Part shown: positions 13,311 to 34,648 of the stretch, piece by piece
Layout: each line of letters begins with the position of its first letter
How positions within the stretch are numbered: position 1 is the first letter of the stretch
DNA from: Tubiluchus corallicola
Lineage: Eukaryota; Animalia; Priapulida
Length of the DNA: 64,000 nt
Assembly: GCA_030141605.1 (NCBI GenBank)
Contig: JAQGDQ010000001.1
Span: forward strand, 1,240,001-1,304,000
Direction of reading: 5' to 3'
Notes under the pieces: generated by a model
The model's database searches: none
The model's input: only the letters and a program-made list of their open reading frames with translations
Told to the model about the DNA's origin: nothing
Translations under genes and position numbers: made by a program

Positions 13311-14501
13311 ACTTATTGCATAAAAACAGTTGATAAGATGACCATTTTGTCGGCTCGCTATACGTTCATTCATACATATACACTCATTCCACCATGACAT
13401 AGGCGTGACCATCTCGTTTAAAATTGAATTAGCTTCCTTAACTTCTTGTGCAGTTTCTGAGAACGAGTGATCATTCAGGTCATTGTTTGCTAAATAATCA
13501 GCACAATGCCTGCACGCTTAACTGCGGCATTCGCCATCAGATCGTATCACCATCAAACAAAAATCAGTCGACGAATTCACTCAAAATTTAATTTAACAGG
13601 ACATAGCAATTAGTTAAAGTTTTTCACAATTCTGTGTTCGTACGTTTTGATACTACACCCTATGATGAATTATCATTGCCCTGTTGCAGAGCGCGGCAAT
13701 ACTATAATGACCATGCGTGCACATGAGGAGCTGTATTCGACATCGTATGTCCAGCGCTGTGGCATCCTCTTTCTATAAACATTTTAATAACTTCTCCATC
13801 TTCTTGCATCAGTATAAAGATTTTCAGCAATATTATTGCAACAAACTGGACACAGGGAGGTGAGAGCTCAGCAGGGCGCCAAAACGTCAAAAGTTCGCAG
13901 TATCGGTTTTCAACTACAAGACGAAATCGCATTCCAGACTTCCACGAAACCCTCCACATAATGTGCTTATGCGATAGATAGACTTCCTCTCTACTTTCTC
14001 CTGCTTCAATTTTTTCACATGTAGTAACTCATTTTAGTCTCGGCACAGTTAACCGAAAACACTTGAAAAGATTTTATTAATCTTGCATTATGCTATACGT
14101 ATTCCACAAATACGAATTACACACATTTAGACTTCATGTACATTAAAACCCGTTAGGCGACATAGCATATAGACGGTGCTTTTTAGCTTTGAATTATATT
14201 CACATATGCTACTAGCTACATTAAAACTGCAATAATTAAAACTAATTAGATTTGTCTCACACATTTTAATTTACATTTTATTGACTAATTTTGCTGGATT
14301 TTCTTGGAATTAACACACTTGTGTTTCAGTTATGCTATGTGTTGCAGTGGTCGTAATAAGAAATATTGAATTAGTCTTCTGATGCACTTTGCGATTAAAA
14401 ATGTTCTTTTAATTAACCTTTTCTTAGTGTTTTTAAGCAGTATTTATGTTGTGTAATGAATTTTAATATTAGTTGTATGCATTCTTATGGCTTAAGACTT
14501 A

Positions 14502-15812
14502 TGGAGCCGCATACGGTTACGTCGAGAAAAATTACTAAACCGGGAGCATGGATTAATATATCGTGCGCACGGATTAATAATTTATGGCGCACGAATTAGT
14601 ATATCGTGGGCACAAATTAAGGAGTCACTGCTGGTGCAAGAATTAAAATAAAAGAGAGCAAAATACAGCAATGATTTATCAAATGAAAGTAATCACAATG
14701 TTTATTATCAGTAATTTAGGCTGAAGGCCCATCTTTAATTTTACATCTAATTCCGCAACCTGAAGCCTAACATACCGATATACATATCTTTTAGAATCTA
14801 AGGCCTCCGATTAAATATAATTATTTATATCTGTCATGTAGAGCCAAATTCCCTCTTTGCTTCTGCATTCATAAGACCCCATCTTTACTTCATCCAGTGC
14901 CTTGACCTGAGGCTCCACACACTTGATGCATACACTCACACACGCCTCTTGAGGCATAAGGCCCAGAATAATATAATGGCTGCTGTCAGTTGTATTTTCT
15001 CAGAAACAAAGCGACGCGATTATTATCGTAACTTACGCGGTTAGGCGTATGTCAACTGCAGGCCTGGTAAATGGTCCTCCCGCATCGTGAGTAGCAAACT
15101 AATTAGTATGATTATTTCCACTCTTGTCCCAAGACATCATTTTTGGAAAGAAAGACTAAATATTCCGATTAACAGATATGACTATATTGACATTATTTAT
15201 TTAAACAAATCACAAGGCGTTGCAAAAACAGTACACACAAGCGATGATGAAAATAAAAACATTAAGCTATTAGTAATATCATAAACTACGACCACAAGAC
15301 CAAAATACATAGCAGATATAATCAAAATACCAAGATAGTTGATTACAAACATATCTACTCAAAACATGTTAGCTGAAAATGATCAAAAGGCAAATAGCTA
15401 AGATCATTGCTAACTGACGTACCAACAAGCAGACAACTAATAACGAAACCCAAAAACTCAAAGCTTAAATACATACCTAGCGACTCGGTCAAATTAACTA
15501 GTTATTACAACTACGACGATTCATCAATGAGCAAAAATCGTACGATACTTAGCAAGACCGACAACAAAATAGTGGTAAATCATAAAACCTACTCAAACAA
15601 GACTTAGTACTTACGACTAAATTCTTACCATTTACGCTTAACGGTTACTTTACTGTTTGCTGTGCGGGTATCTTCTCTGTGTCAGTTAAACCTATAATTT
15701 AATTTATGTATTATATTATGTAATTTCTTGCACACACGGATTAATAATTCGTGGCCACGGTATCATAATTCGCAGCCGCGATTTAGTAATTTTTCTCAAC
15801 GTGGTTAGTAGG
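14502..15812. mobile_element. TIR DNA transposon remnant with subterminal palindromic ~21-bp repeats
   Basis: ACGTCGAGAAAAATTACTAAA (~14519) is inverted to TTTAGTAATTTTTCTCAACGT (~15782-15802). Both ends carry arrays of CGTG.GCACG-A(A/T)TTA units. Exact termini are degraded. Confidence 0.65.
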
Positions 15813-18800
15813 AGGCGAGTATTATCTATTAAAAAATATAGAATTCGAATTCAGTTTTAAAGATTTTCGAATTACTACTAAAAAGCAATAATTAACTTTG
15901 ATTAGGTTTAAAGTTATTTGTTAAGATCTTCGGTGATTATTCGGTTAAAGTTCTAAGGTAATTCTTATAACTAGATTTACAAAGTTTAAAAACGACCGAA
16001 AATCTATTGAGTCGAAGAAATATAGGCATGGGTCCAATCCAGCCAACAGCTAAGACTAAAGTTTAGTGTTTTCTTGTCATTTATATTTAATCATTTCACA
16101 ACTCGCGAGTTATTTTCTGTCATTTGTGTAATATGGAAACGCTGTTACTGTATATTGGCATTGATATTGGCCAAATATTATTTCTAGATAAAATCAATGT
16201 TTTACACGAAGTAGATGAAATTTGTTGCGAAAGACCTGACGGAAATTTGTTTAAATTTTGGAGCTCAAAAAATATGCCGTATAGAACAAAGCTGTTCTTT
16301 CTTAGTTTATTTGAGAGAGCCGATATAGACACAGTATTTAGTATAGTAAAGGAATTTTAAAACAAAGTTAGCAGAGCAGACAAAGTGTTGCACTGTCCAT
16401 TGCAAAATAACAGATTTTACACTGCGTATTGAAATAAAGAAATATTGAAATAATTTTTTTGGATTCGACTCTGAAATCCTTGTGACTTAACTACACAGTC
16501 AGCCATCGATCTTCGTTAACATACGTTCATGATCAGTTTTAAAAAAACCAATAGCGATAATACACGTGTCTCACCAAAAATATAAAGGAAAAGTGGGTTC
16601 AGGCTATATAGAAAGCATTTAAACTATTGCCGTCATTGTTGTCGTCGCTAGTTCCTACTCTGCCATTTTTCTATTTTTGGTCTTCGCATTTGTCTTTCGC
16701 GTTATCCCCAATATGCTTCATTTTACTGTATCAAGAAAAAGTACCAAAAGTCTATTTCACCCGCAAGATATTTGTTAACCGACTGCCTAGCATACTTAGC
16801 AGAGTTGGTAATGACTTTGCAGTTAAGTTGGATCAGAATTTTGTGACAGGACTTGTCACAAAATGTGTTGACTTAGTGCCGAACTCCTTCACTTTACTTT
16901 GCTCTGTTTCCAGTTTTTGACAAATTTTTCAAAAGTTTTTAAATTGCTTTTTAGACAATTACCTTTTACAGGTTTGAAAGTGCACAGCTTTTTTAAACAT
17001 TATTTCAGGCTGTACGGGATGTCATTAAAGCAATCTTGAAATAAATCTTAAAGTTACTGCCACATTAAATGTTCCTTCTTTCAGATTCTGTAAAATCATA
17101 AAGGTGACAACGATTCACTGTTTTTGTGGATTTTGGAAGTGTGTCAGCTTAGGTCTGGATTATGATCTCTATATTAGGCGTAACTATTGCTGTTTGGCGA
17201 AGATTGACTGATGTTATACTTGCAGTAGTGGCTTCTGAACATCTGCAGGTGGTCACTGGTCGCCACCTGAAGCCGGACTGTACCCTTGGCTACAGATACT
17301 GTGAACTCACTTAACAAGCCGATAACCTGACAGGCTTGTCCATATTGATCATCTAAGTAGCTTCACAACCGAACCAATTTGCGTCTCCAGTACTTCACAA
17401 TTAAGCCGGCCGTGTTAACAGTCCTAATCGCTTATTGATTGCATGCGAGGCAAGCTTAGATGTAATAGTTGGCTAACAAAAGCCGGAATTAAGGAAATTG
17501 CTGTTACACTAACAGTTTTGATTGAGATTAACTGGTAAAGTACGTGCGAGTGTACCACGTCAGTAACATGATATAATACAAAATAATCAAAATAAGTGTC
17601 ATGAGAACTATTTGAGCTTCACGTTACTCGAACTGATGGGTAACTTACTCAGACTTAGTCGTTTTTCTCTTTATCTCTATCTTCGTTATTGAGAAATGGA
17701 AATCACACAGCTGGCTTGCAAAAATATCAATATCGTAACTATTACGACAATGTTATGAAGGTCTATATTGTCTAGAAACAAACCCTAATTATTATCGAAT
17801 TTCACTTAAAATAATAAAAGGCATACGTGAGTGACAACGACATGTTTTGTAAGAAAGAATTATTATTACGTGTGCGATTATGTGGTTTGATTTCTTACCA
17901 GCCATTATTACAGCCAGAAAAAACCTCCTTCATAAGTACGGTCAGTCTTCTACAACCATTAGAAAGAATAAGTAATTCAACTTCAGTTTTGCTAGTGTGA
18001 ATTTTTTATCACGAAAATACGTCTAAAATTTTAAACTGCTTAATTTTAACGTGAGCAGTAGCACGAGTGTAAGTCTATAATTGATGACAATCATGCACGG
18101 ACATTGTGAATTATATCAATACACGAATTACGCAATTATCGCCAAATGAATCCCCGCTTCACGTAGTTACTCATTTAATATAATTGAGCAGGATGTAACT
18201 CGACCATAAGTCCTGTAACCTTACGTTTGCATTTGTTCGCCTGAGGTTGACAAAGGATGGACTCATCATACATAAGTATGTATTGCAATCTTAACGAAAC
18301 TGTTCTACATGTTGTCAGAACTCACTGTCACATCGCACATAGAAAGAACTGACACAACACATCTTCTAGACTGCAGGTTAGGCTTATGCAAACAACAGCA
18401 ATGGCAAGAGGCAAAAGCATATAATCGAAAGTTGAGAATAAATTTAATAATCAGCCATTATACATGTCCTTTCTTCCTTCTGTGCACCATACTAATTTTC
18501 TTCTCAAACATTATTTATATCCTCCATTTTAGCTCTTATCACATTTTCAAAAAGCTTTGCAAGCTCATGCTACACAAGCTTTCTGCAGTACAATAGTAAA
18601 ACTCAAGTAAATTGTCAAACACATTAATTACTTCCAGAGCTGGAAATGGGCAATGTAACGCGTGGGCCATTTTACTGATGTTGTTTCAAGAGTTTGGATC
18701 ACGGTATCCATGAGTGAAGTGGGTGATGGATCACACTTGGGGCATATTTCTAGTTCTGGGTTTACTGGATTTATGATTGTATAAAATGTATAAAATATTT

Positions 18801-19935
18801 TGTTATGCGTGTTTTTTACTGTTGTGCTGATGTGAAATAATTTGCGGACTTGCTTTCTTTCTTTCTTTCTTGCATACCTACCTACTTACTTACAAATGCC
18901 AGTCTATATCTTATATTCGTTGCATAATTATTCAGTAAGCAATCTTCTCCACCGACACTGATGTTTGCCAGTCTCCTCTAGTCAACCTGCTACTACCGAA
19001 ATAAACTAGTGTGAATGCAGATTCACTTATTCCACTTTTTTTCTACATCTATGTAATCATAAATTGCATTCAGATCATTTATTGCACTCTCACTTGAGAA
19101 GCAAAAGAACCAGTAATGTAGCATTGCCATTTATCAAGCTATTAGCCTACACAAAGGAATTACCGAACGTACAAGCAATTCAGAGCATTAGAAGAATGTT
19201 TACCTTGATTACCAAAGTTGCTTCCGAATGCTGGAGTATTTGAAATTTAACTGACCTGCTAAACACTAAAGGTGTGAGTAAACAAAGTTGTGGCGTGGCG
19301 TTTCGCTCTTTTTCTCTGGGGCTCATATTATCCGCTACTGTAACCGATATCGTGTTTAAGTGTTCAGTAGTTGATCTGTCTCACCCCTCCCTAGCGGCAT
19401 CTGCAAGAGCAACAGAGGCAACCGAAACATCGCACAAAGTTCAGACGTGATATGGATTCTCGTAAAAGCAAACCAATTTCTCAAGCCCACTTGCTACAGT
19501 TCTATCAACGTTAGATTGCTGTTTCCACCACCAATTTCAATGATACGAGACATTGACAAGGCCCGCAAGTATTCAAATTTCCAGGCGTTGATTGATGAAA
19601 TGAAACATTTGATGGGTTGAATGTATAGACAAATCTACAGGGTTGATGCGCTGAGCACGTAATTGGCCTTGATATTGAATTCTCAGTGGATATTCTGCTC
19701 GGCGAGGGGAATGATGTGATTTTTCATGGAAAATTGTCCTATCACTAGCGTCATTAAAACCGGAAATTATCGCTGAACTTTATATATTTTGTCAGCTTTA
19801 CACGTACTTTCATGAGCTGTTGTGCAGAATAAAAAACAATATTTTCATAGCAATATGCAATAAGGAATTCTACGTCTTTAAGCAACACAAGGTTGGCATA
19901 TTACGTATATTAAGTGATTTTACAAGCTTAATTAT

Positions 19936-20282
19936 TATTTCTAAAAATAAAGCCTTCGCAGTATTTAAAGTATTCGTTTCCTGAGAAACTAAACTGAATA
20001 AAATTTCAGGAAAACATCCTGTCAAAAATCGCATTTCCTTACATTCTCCCTTGAGCGGATTGTGTGCCTTGTGAAACTATAATGCAATTTCAGTGCAATA
20101 TTTAAAAGTCAAAGAAGCTATAAAGGCATTACAAAAGCAAAAACAACGTATCTGTTAAAACATTTATTATAAATCTGAGCTTATTTTTCTTTAAAAATAT
20201 TCTAGATAAAAAACCACTGACCTTCACAAAAGTTACCTGCTTGTAATATGTGAGATATGACTCATCCTAAAGTACCAATAGT
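19936..20282 (+). repeat. Direct repeat copy A (347 bp)
   Basis: Near-identical to 20998-21345 (about 8 differences counted by eye). Confidence 0.95.
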
Positions 20283-20997
20283 AAATAATTACTCTCACAC
20301 TAACATTAGCGCACTTAGAAAACATCATTCAGTTAACATAAACCTGAAGCCTGCAAGTGCCTGAACTGCAGGACGAACGCCTGGTGTGGTGGATGCACAA
20401 GCACTTACACATATCTTTACACTGGCTTCTTTAGCACTCGATCGTAGCCACAGAGATGCTCACCAACCGCTTATCGAACAGTGGCTTCACATTTTGTGTG
20501 GTTTGCCAAGAGCAGCCTCAGGTGATAGGGTTGACAAGCCGGCTAGTACCAGCAACCGATTGACACGAGCAACGATATGTACGCACTCAAAAAAACAGTT
20601 GGTTTTAAATAATTCAGCATGTGTAAACGCTGAACGCAAATAGTTCAGCACATGCTAATTTTAAACGATTTTTTTCTAAGTTTGCCTTATATCGGTTGCG
20701 GTTTGCTTCGAGGTAGCGCCCCAGCATAGTGGAAGTGAAGACTATAGCAAGTTCTTACAAACCATCGGAAAGTAAGTATCCAATCTAGTAAAATTATTTG
20801 CATCGCTGTTATATCAATACTGACATTTTTTCACGTACTTCTTTCTTTTTGGTACCACGTAAACTTTGAAAACTAATGTTGCGATACTTTCAATGGACAT
20901 GACGCACTCCAGAGCAATAAAATGTAGATTGATTTGATGCCACATAAGCCTGAACATTTTCCTTCCAGTCAGTTCATTTTTCGCATTCTTGAGTTAA

Positions 20998-21345
20998 TAT
21001 TTCTAAAAATAAAGCCTTCGCCAGTATTTAAAGTATTCTTTTCCTGAGAAACTAAACTGAATAAAATTTCAGGAAAACATCCTGTCAAAAATCGCATTTC
21101 CTTACATTCTCCCTTAAGCGGATTTGTGCCTTGTGAAACTATAATGCAATTTCAGTGCAATATTTAAAAGTCAAAGAAGCTATAAAGGCAATACAAACGC
21201 AAAAACAACGTATCTGTTAAAACATTTATTATAAATCTGAGCTTATTTTTCTTTAAAAATATTCTAGAAAAAAAAACCACTGATCTTCACAAAAGTTACC
21301 TGCTTGTAATATGTGAGATATGACTCATCCTAAAGTACCAATAGT
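20998..21345 (+). repeat. Direct repeat copy B (348 bp)
   Basis: Near-identical to 19936-20282. Confidence 0.95.
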
Positions 21346-21670
21346 TGTTTGGCCTTTGATTCCTTGGCTGGTTGTGTGTTAGGCTAGCTAGGTGGTTCTT
21401 GCCATCCTGGATGAACAGTTGGTATTTGATTGGTTGGCTAATGAGTTGGGTAGTATAGGTATTTTGAATTTGCTGGTTAGCTAGGCTGGCGCCCGAGTAA
21501 ATAGCAGTTGGTTAGCTTACTAGTCAGCTGTCAGGCAGGCTGGCCAGTTGGTAATAGATTGATTTTTTTCTTGGCTAGTTGATTGCTAGCTGGTCCTGTC
21601 GGTCGGTCAGTCGATTGATTATGTAGGGTGATTGACTGGATGATATTTAGTCCGCTAGTTAACAGGCTGC
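21346..21670. repeat. Cryptic G/T-rich tetranucleotide-like low-complexity tract (GGTT/GGCT/TAGT/GGTC)
   Basis: Strong strand skew and repeated 4-mers beginning exactly at the end of direct repeat copy B. Confidence 0.6.
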
Positions 21671-21789
21671 TTGTTTAGAGGCTTCCTATGATAGGGGCTC
21701 TGCGGCTTGGATGCAGAGCCAGTTTAAACAATAATTATTATTGCAGCAATCGTCCCCAATCAGACGTCATCTGTTAACATAAGACCAAT

Positions 21790-21990
21790 GTTAACTAGAA
21801 GACACTGAGTAGAGATACAACATGCGCCCTTTAATAAAGTCACGATGGGAAAAATTTATTCTTATATTTTTGATCTTTTGACCTTGGTCTTTGACCTTCT
21901 GAACCAAAAGCAACGGATTACCAGGTTTTGCGCAAGCCTATCCAAGTGCTAAGTTTGGTGATTATAGCTTCGTCTGTTTTGATTTTACTG
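21790..21990. mobile_element. Helitron/HINE-like fragment
   Basis: Begins AACTAGAAG; contains TTTGACCTT repeats and a CTAAGTTTGGTGATTATAGC motif, typical of invertebrate non-autonomous rolling-circle elements. Confidence 0.45.
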
Positions 21991-22150
21991 ATTTTTTCAC
22001 CTTGCACTCTTGACTTTGGACTTTTTCCTCGGCAACACTATCTGTATGGGAGTTAAAGCAAAAGCCAAGTCTTTCACGATGTCTATTTTAATATATGCGG
22101 AAAATATTACAAAGTTTTCAGCAATAAAATTCCGATAAGCGGTGAATTTT

Positions 22151-22330
22151 GTAGTGAAAACCAATTACCGACGATAACATAATAATCTCCAACTCGGCTA
22201 GCTAATGCCGACAAAGTAACAGAATAACTATTTTAACAAGCTAAAATTGAGCTCTATAAGCTGTGCAAACCGCCAGCACCTTCTGCATGCTCGCAGTCTC
22301 GCAGTCTCGCAGAAATGCATGCTTATTTTT
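22151..22330 (+). repeat. Dispersed repeat, copy 1 (3' hairpin, Helitron-like)
   Basis: Matches the reverse complement of 53045-53220 (ATAATAATCTCCAACT, TATAAGCT, CAGCACCTTCTGCATGCTCGC...GCAGAA). Confidence 0.8.
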
Positions 22331-22516
22331 AATTATATTGTGTAGTACCTATGCATTTTCAGGTATAATCCTGTGGATTAAAGTTATGTAAGTACTTGAA
22401 AGTTACTGAAAATAGATTTGACGGCTAATCAACATAGTTACACACAAAAACATGGTTAATAAGAATTGCAGAATTTCTGCAGAACTGCAGAACCTTTCAT
22501 TAAGCGTGCCTTCGGA

Positions 22517-22570
22517 CAGACACACACAAGCATAAAGACACACACACACACACACACACGCACACACATA
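22517..22570. repeat. (CA)n microsatellite
   Basis: Directly visible, interrupted. Confidence 0.9.
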
Positions 22571-23470
22571 GACGCCATTAAGTTGGCGTGGGTGGGTAAT
22601 AATTAACATTTTCGCTAAACCACTAATTCTAATTTAGCCACTGCATAATTGTCTAATTTAATGTCTACAGCCGGGATTTCTTCGGGTTAGCGCTGCTGGA
22701 TGAAAATAAATTCGTTCGTTTCACTGTTGTAAGCAGCGTTTTTAATAATTTCTTTTTCCTGAGCAAATACTGCCATCTTTCAGACGAAAAAAGTAACATC
22801 AGTATTATTTTGTCAACCGCAAATTTCCTATGCACAATTGAAGAAAATTATAACTATGAATATGTATGAAGATTAGATGGAATAAACTCACAATTAATTA
22901 TTTTTTTAAATTAAATCTGGTTGAAAGGAAGGAATGGAAGGTAAAAAAGTCAGAACAGGGTCTCGATTTGAATTAGGGTCTGTACTAGTCCAAAGCTTAT
23001 AAGGTCGTCTTGATTAGCAAAATATTCTAATTTCTGCTAATTAATTATAATTTTGAGGAACGGCGATAGCTTTAGTAATTATATACTATGCTGGCACTCC
23101 AAACCTAAAGAAGTATTAAAACCAAGCTAAACATTTGGGAACACACCCACAACTGACCCAGAAAAATTATTCATGAATCTGATCCTGCAATCTTTACACA
23201 TAAATCTTATCTGCAGTTTCCTTTACCAAATGTTTTCTACAAAATAACTGTACTGAGTTTTCGTAACGTATATGTATATATAACATATATACAACTTTTG
23301 GATCTGCGTTACAGTAAAGGGTAACGGAAATCTTCAATACGTGACTTCCGTGGGAAAGGTCAGACTGTACAAACATCTTTCAAGTATCGCCTTTGTTAGA
23401 CATCATGAAAACTTAATTAAAAGGCAAATTTGCGTGTGCTATCTTCAATTAGCTGTGATTTAATGTGTAA

Positions 23471-30527
<7,057 letters not shown>

Positions 30528-33500
30528 GTACTGAAAATTGAAAAATGTTGTTTTCCAACAGAATTTTTGTAAACAATTTGTCAAATGGTGTTGCCATTTT
30601 TTAAATGAATTCTGAATGTCCAAGGAAAATCCATGTGCAGATATCATATATTTTGTCAAACATACAAAACTAAAGAAGTTCTTACATAAAAAGATCAAAA
30701 CTGTTTATTACTGCATTTTTACACACTCCATTTCTGACTTGCTTCAATTTTCTTGTGACTGAAATACAAAATGTTCTATAAAGGCTAGTAAAGTTGAAAC
30801 TTGTACATATTTAAAAAATCGGTTAGATAGTCATTTGCTTATTTATAAATTAAACAGCCCACTATAGAATAACCAATTGTAGTTCAATGATGAATTTTTT
30901 TATAAAGCTAATCCTAATGACTATTAATTATGAAGTTTTTGAGATGGCCTAAAAATTTCAAAATTATTGCAAACTTATATAAGGTTACCGGAAAGATTCT
31001 GAACCTTGGACATAACCACAATGCCTCAACAACAAAAATACTTATAATACACTTTGTAATAAAAGAAAATTTATAATCATACTGTAAAAAAGTTTATATA
31101 AAGACAAGGGGTGAGCCATTTGCAAAAAATGCAGCCGGTGAAATGAAACAGTCCGTTGAGCTATTTACAATATGGCATGTCACAAATTTACTGCAGGAAC
31201 TCCTGTCAAGCCAAGTTAACATTCTTGCATTTAATGAAATCGATCCAAATAGTAATTTGTACCACATTAAAAATCCAAATTGCAATGATGCTTTTGTCGA
31301 AAAATGGCCAGTGTCTACTAAATGCACAGAAGTATTTTTGCTGATTCTTTACTGCGACAAAACAAAGAATTAGAGTAGATTTAAGGAATGCATATGAACA
31401 CGAATGAAACTTAAAATTCATACTGTAAAGTATTTGGCAAAATTGCAATATTCAGAATTAATTATTTCCATTCTAACTCCTAATATACAAATTTTGTTTA
31501 TAGGTCATGTACACTGTACCTGATGAAGTTTGTCTATAACCTGGGATGCTGCAACCATTAATTAAATGCAGAAAATGTGCTTTTTTATCTAAAAACTTTA
31601 TGCAAGAGAAAAACAGCTTTTCTGTTCTTACTGATTTGACTTGCTAAGTTTCAGTTTTTAAATGTGATACAAGTTTATTCAGTGCCACCATTAAGGCTAC
31701 ATATTTTATATTTACAAAAAAAACACAAGACTGGAGAATATACAAAAACAAATGGAGTGTGTTTAACACAGTCTTTGTCTATCATACAACATGATTACGT
31801 AATGAGCAACTTAAAGTCAAAGACTTTACATTGCAAAGTCCCACATGCATAATACTACAGCTTACTTTCATTCAAGTTATATTTTATAAAGATAATAGGC
31901 ATTAATCAGAAGAATGTGCTACAAATACTAGCAAGTCGTGTTTAGAAAACTTGGAGATACTTAAAGACCTAAATACCTCAAAAGTCAAAAATGAGTAAGC
32001 AGCAGTAGCTCATGGTACAACTGTAGAACCTCTTCTTTAATACAAATAAACAATATCCAAAAGATGCCTGACTTAGACTGGTACAATCTACTAGAACTGC
32101 CTAAGAAAAAATATAACATAGTAACAAACATGTATCAGTCTGAAGGTCACTAGAATCTTGTCATCATAAAGTATGGTGCATCAGCCATATGCTTTATGAT
32201 GCCAAACATTCTGCAATGGATCTGGCTACAGGCATGCAACATACAGGTGGTTATACGTGAAAAATTTAACATGTAAAACAAATGAAAAATAAAACTCTCT
32301 CACTCACATACTACACAAATGATGGATGAAATGATTTGCATAATGGACATTATTATGGAATCTTGCAAGTTACTTATTTTGGATCGAAAGTGTTTTGCTA
32401 ATACAGATTTCAAGCACCATCAAGTTAACATCTCCAGCTAATTCATGCCTTTTCAGTTCTGCCAAGATAATCTGGCACACTGAAGGCTATTGTCACAAGT
32501 TACATGTATTAAACAAATTAAAGAAAAGAACACAGGCAACTTAAACTTTATTCTTACTTGTAAGTACTTCATTGGAATTTCATAAACAATATAATTCAAA
32601 AACCATCTAATTCTGTATGCTGAAAAACTATAATTAACTGAAGACTTTTTCATGTAGCAAGGTGTCAGCAATTTGCAAAATAATTAACAAATTGGTATCA
32701 TCGCTTATATACTGCTATCAGCCTCAGAATTAAAAATTTATAATTTAATCACAGATCAGAAGGAAACACAAAAATAAACACCTGAAAAATGACACAGATA
32801 AAGAGTGTGGATTAATATATTGCACGTTCCCATACAATTATTGGTTACTTACTACATGCACAACTAATAGAAGCCAAAGTCATAGTTGTCAAACAACATG
32901 AAGTATATAGTATCATGGTAGTTAATAAAAATCCCACAAAAAAGAAACTAAAAAATGTGATGCTCTAGTATACCGCAATTTGTTTACTGTAATACTTTTT
33001 ACTATTTGTCTTAATTCTTAATATTAAAAACCATTGATGACTTAGCTTGTAACTTAATTGCAATGTACAACAGACAACTTGTGCCAGAGAAGTACTCTAA
33101 ATTGAGTTTTTAACTATAACCACTAAGTATAAAGTAAATGATTTTCAAATGCTGTTGGGTTCTACACACAATGGTATTAAAATTAAGATTTCTAAAATTT
33201 GACAACACTAAAGCACAGTTGATAGAAACCATTCATAAAGAGCCAAATGTAGGTCCAATTAATAAAGTAAATGAAAAAATGTGCAAAAGCTTTAAACAAT
33301 CCAAAAAATATTTCTATACATTTGAAACAGGAACTACATATAGCTAATTCAGAATTAAAGTAAATGCCATCAAGTGCACTATTTCTTCGTTATCACTTTA
33401 AAAAAATAATCTACAAAAAATAACAAAACAATTAGCTAACTTCTTAAAGAAGAGTAAGTAAATATATAGGCAAATGCTTTATTAGAATGAGTGTGAGCCT

Positions 33501-34379
33501 TAAAAAATGTGACAGAGAACTTCAGGGCTACAAAGAAACCTAGTTTACCATTGCCGTGTATGAAATACAATACAAATCATTGCAAATCTATAAACTACAA
33601 ATACAGAAAACATTGTGATAACCAAAAAAAATATCACAAGAGAGTGACTGGAAGAAATCAGGTGTACTAAGAAATAGCCGACTGTTAGCTTAGTTGTACT
33701 GGCTTCGATACTTTTATTAGAAAATAAACGTCTGCTTTATGGAAAATAGTTATACATATATTTATTGTCTGTTTTGGTCAACCAAATAAAAATAAAACAC
33801 TGTGTGAATCATAAAGACCGCCTTGTTACTAAAGCAATTAGGTTTTTGACAGTTTATTTACAATGGAATCTCCCAATGCAGAATGTAACAACATTTTTTT
33901 AGTAGCAACTAGTATAGTCAAATCTCAAGAATACAATTTTCACAAAGAGCACAAATTTTGAAAAATTCTTTTGTATGAAGTCCATATCATACCATCTACA
34001 TTATGTACACTTTTAAATGTCATATTCGACAGATTGGCTCCCTGGCTGCTTTAAACATTCTTTACACATAAATGACCTTGAGGTCGCCTCACTAACAACA
34101 TGCATGTATAAATCACAGGTATAATAAAGCCTTTGCTTGTGACAATGAATTGAGTTACAAAATGAGTTAGTTAACTAATGCATAATTACGTAGCAAGGGA
34201 CTTAGCCAAGGCTTTCAAAAATCATCGTAATGCAAGGACTTCTGTTAAAAGTCTTATTGCATTATGAGAGATTCGACCGTACTGGCTTATCACAAGATAA
34301 TGACATGATCACATACCCACTTAAACAAGACATTCGACAAGAACAACTTGAGCTAGAAGCAACAAACTTCCGGCTCAGA

Positions 34380-34648
34380 AAATGAGGCACTTAGTGGTCA
34401 TTACATACGGAAAAGACACTGTTAGTGACAGATGAATATGTGCCCAACCTAGTTGATGATAAAGGTAATGCACACCCATCTGAGTCGGTGATGATGTCGA
34501 TGATATCACACTAGAACCTTCTTTCACTCTCACGATCATTTCACTCACTGCTTGACACCAATTGACCTGTTGTCGGTAAGTCAAACCGAGATGGCAGCAT
34601 CCTATATGACGATACATTGTCTCTTAGGTGACAAATTCACCTAGAATC
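34380..34648 (-). other. Start of probable terminal 3'UTR exon of KPNB1 (3' end not determinable)
   Basis: Strong acceptor ttttccttttttcacttttag|GATTC at 34649/34648 pairs with donor TGG|gtaatt at 35076/35075, 36 nt after the stop. The lower coordinate is arbitrary; AT-rich UTR-like sequence continues toward ~30700. Confidence 0.55.

Noticed and set aside
13702-13959. 85-aa minus-strand ORF with a faint ankyrin-like phrase
   Set aside because: No consensus repeat and no splice context.
16124-16360. 78-aa plus-strand ORF
   Set aside because: No recognisable domain; length is within chance expectation.
19936-21345. LTR/TRIM retroelement
   Set aside because: No TG...CA termini, PBS, PPT or TSD visible.
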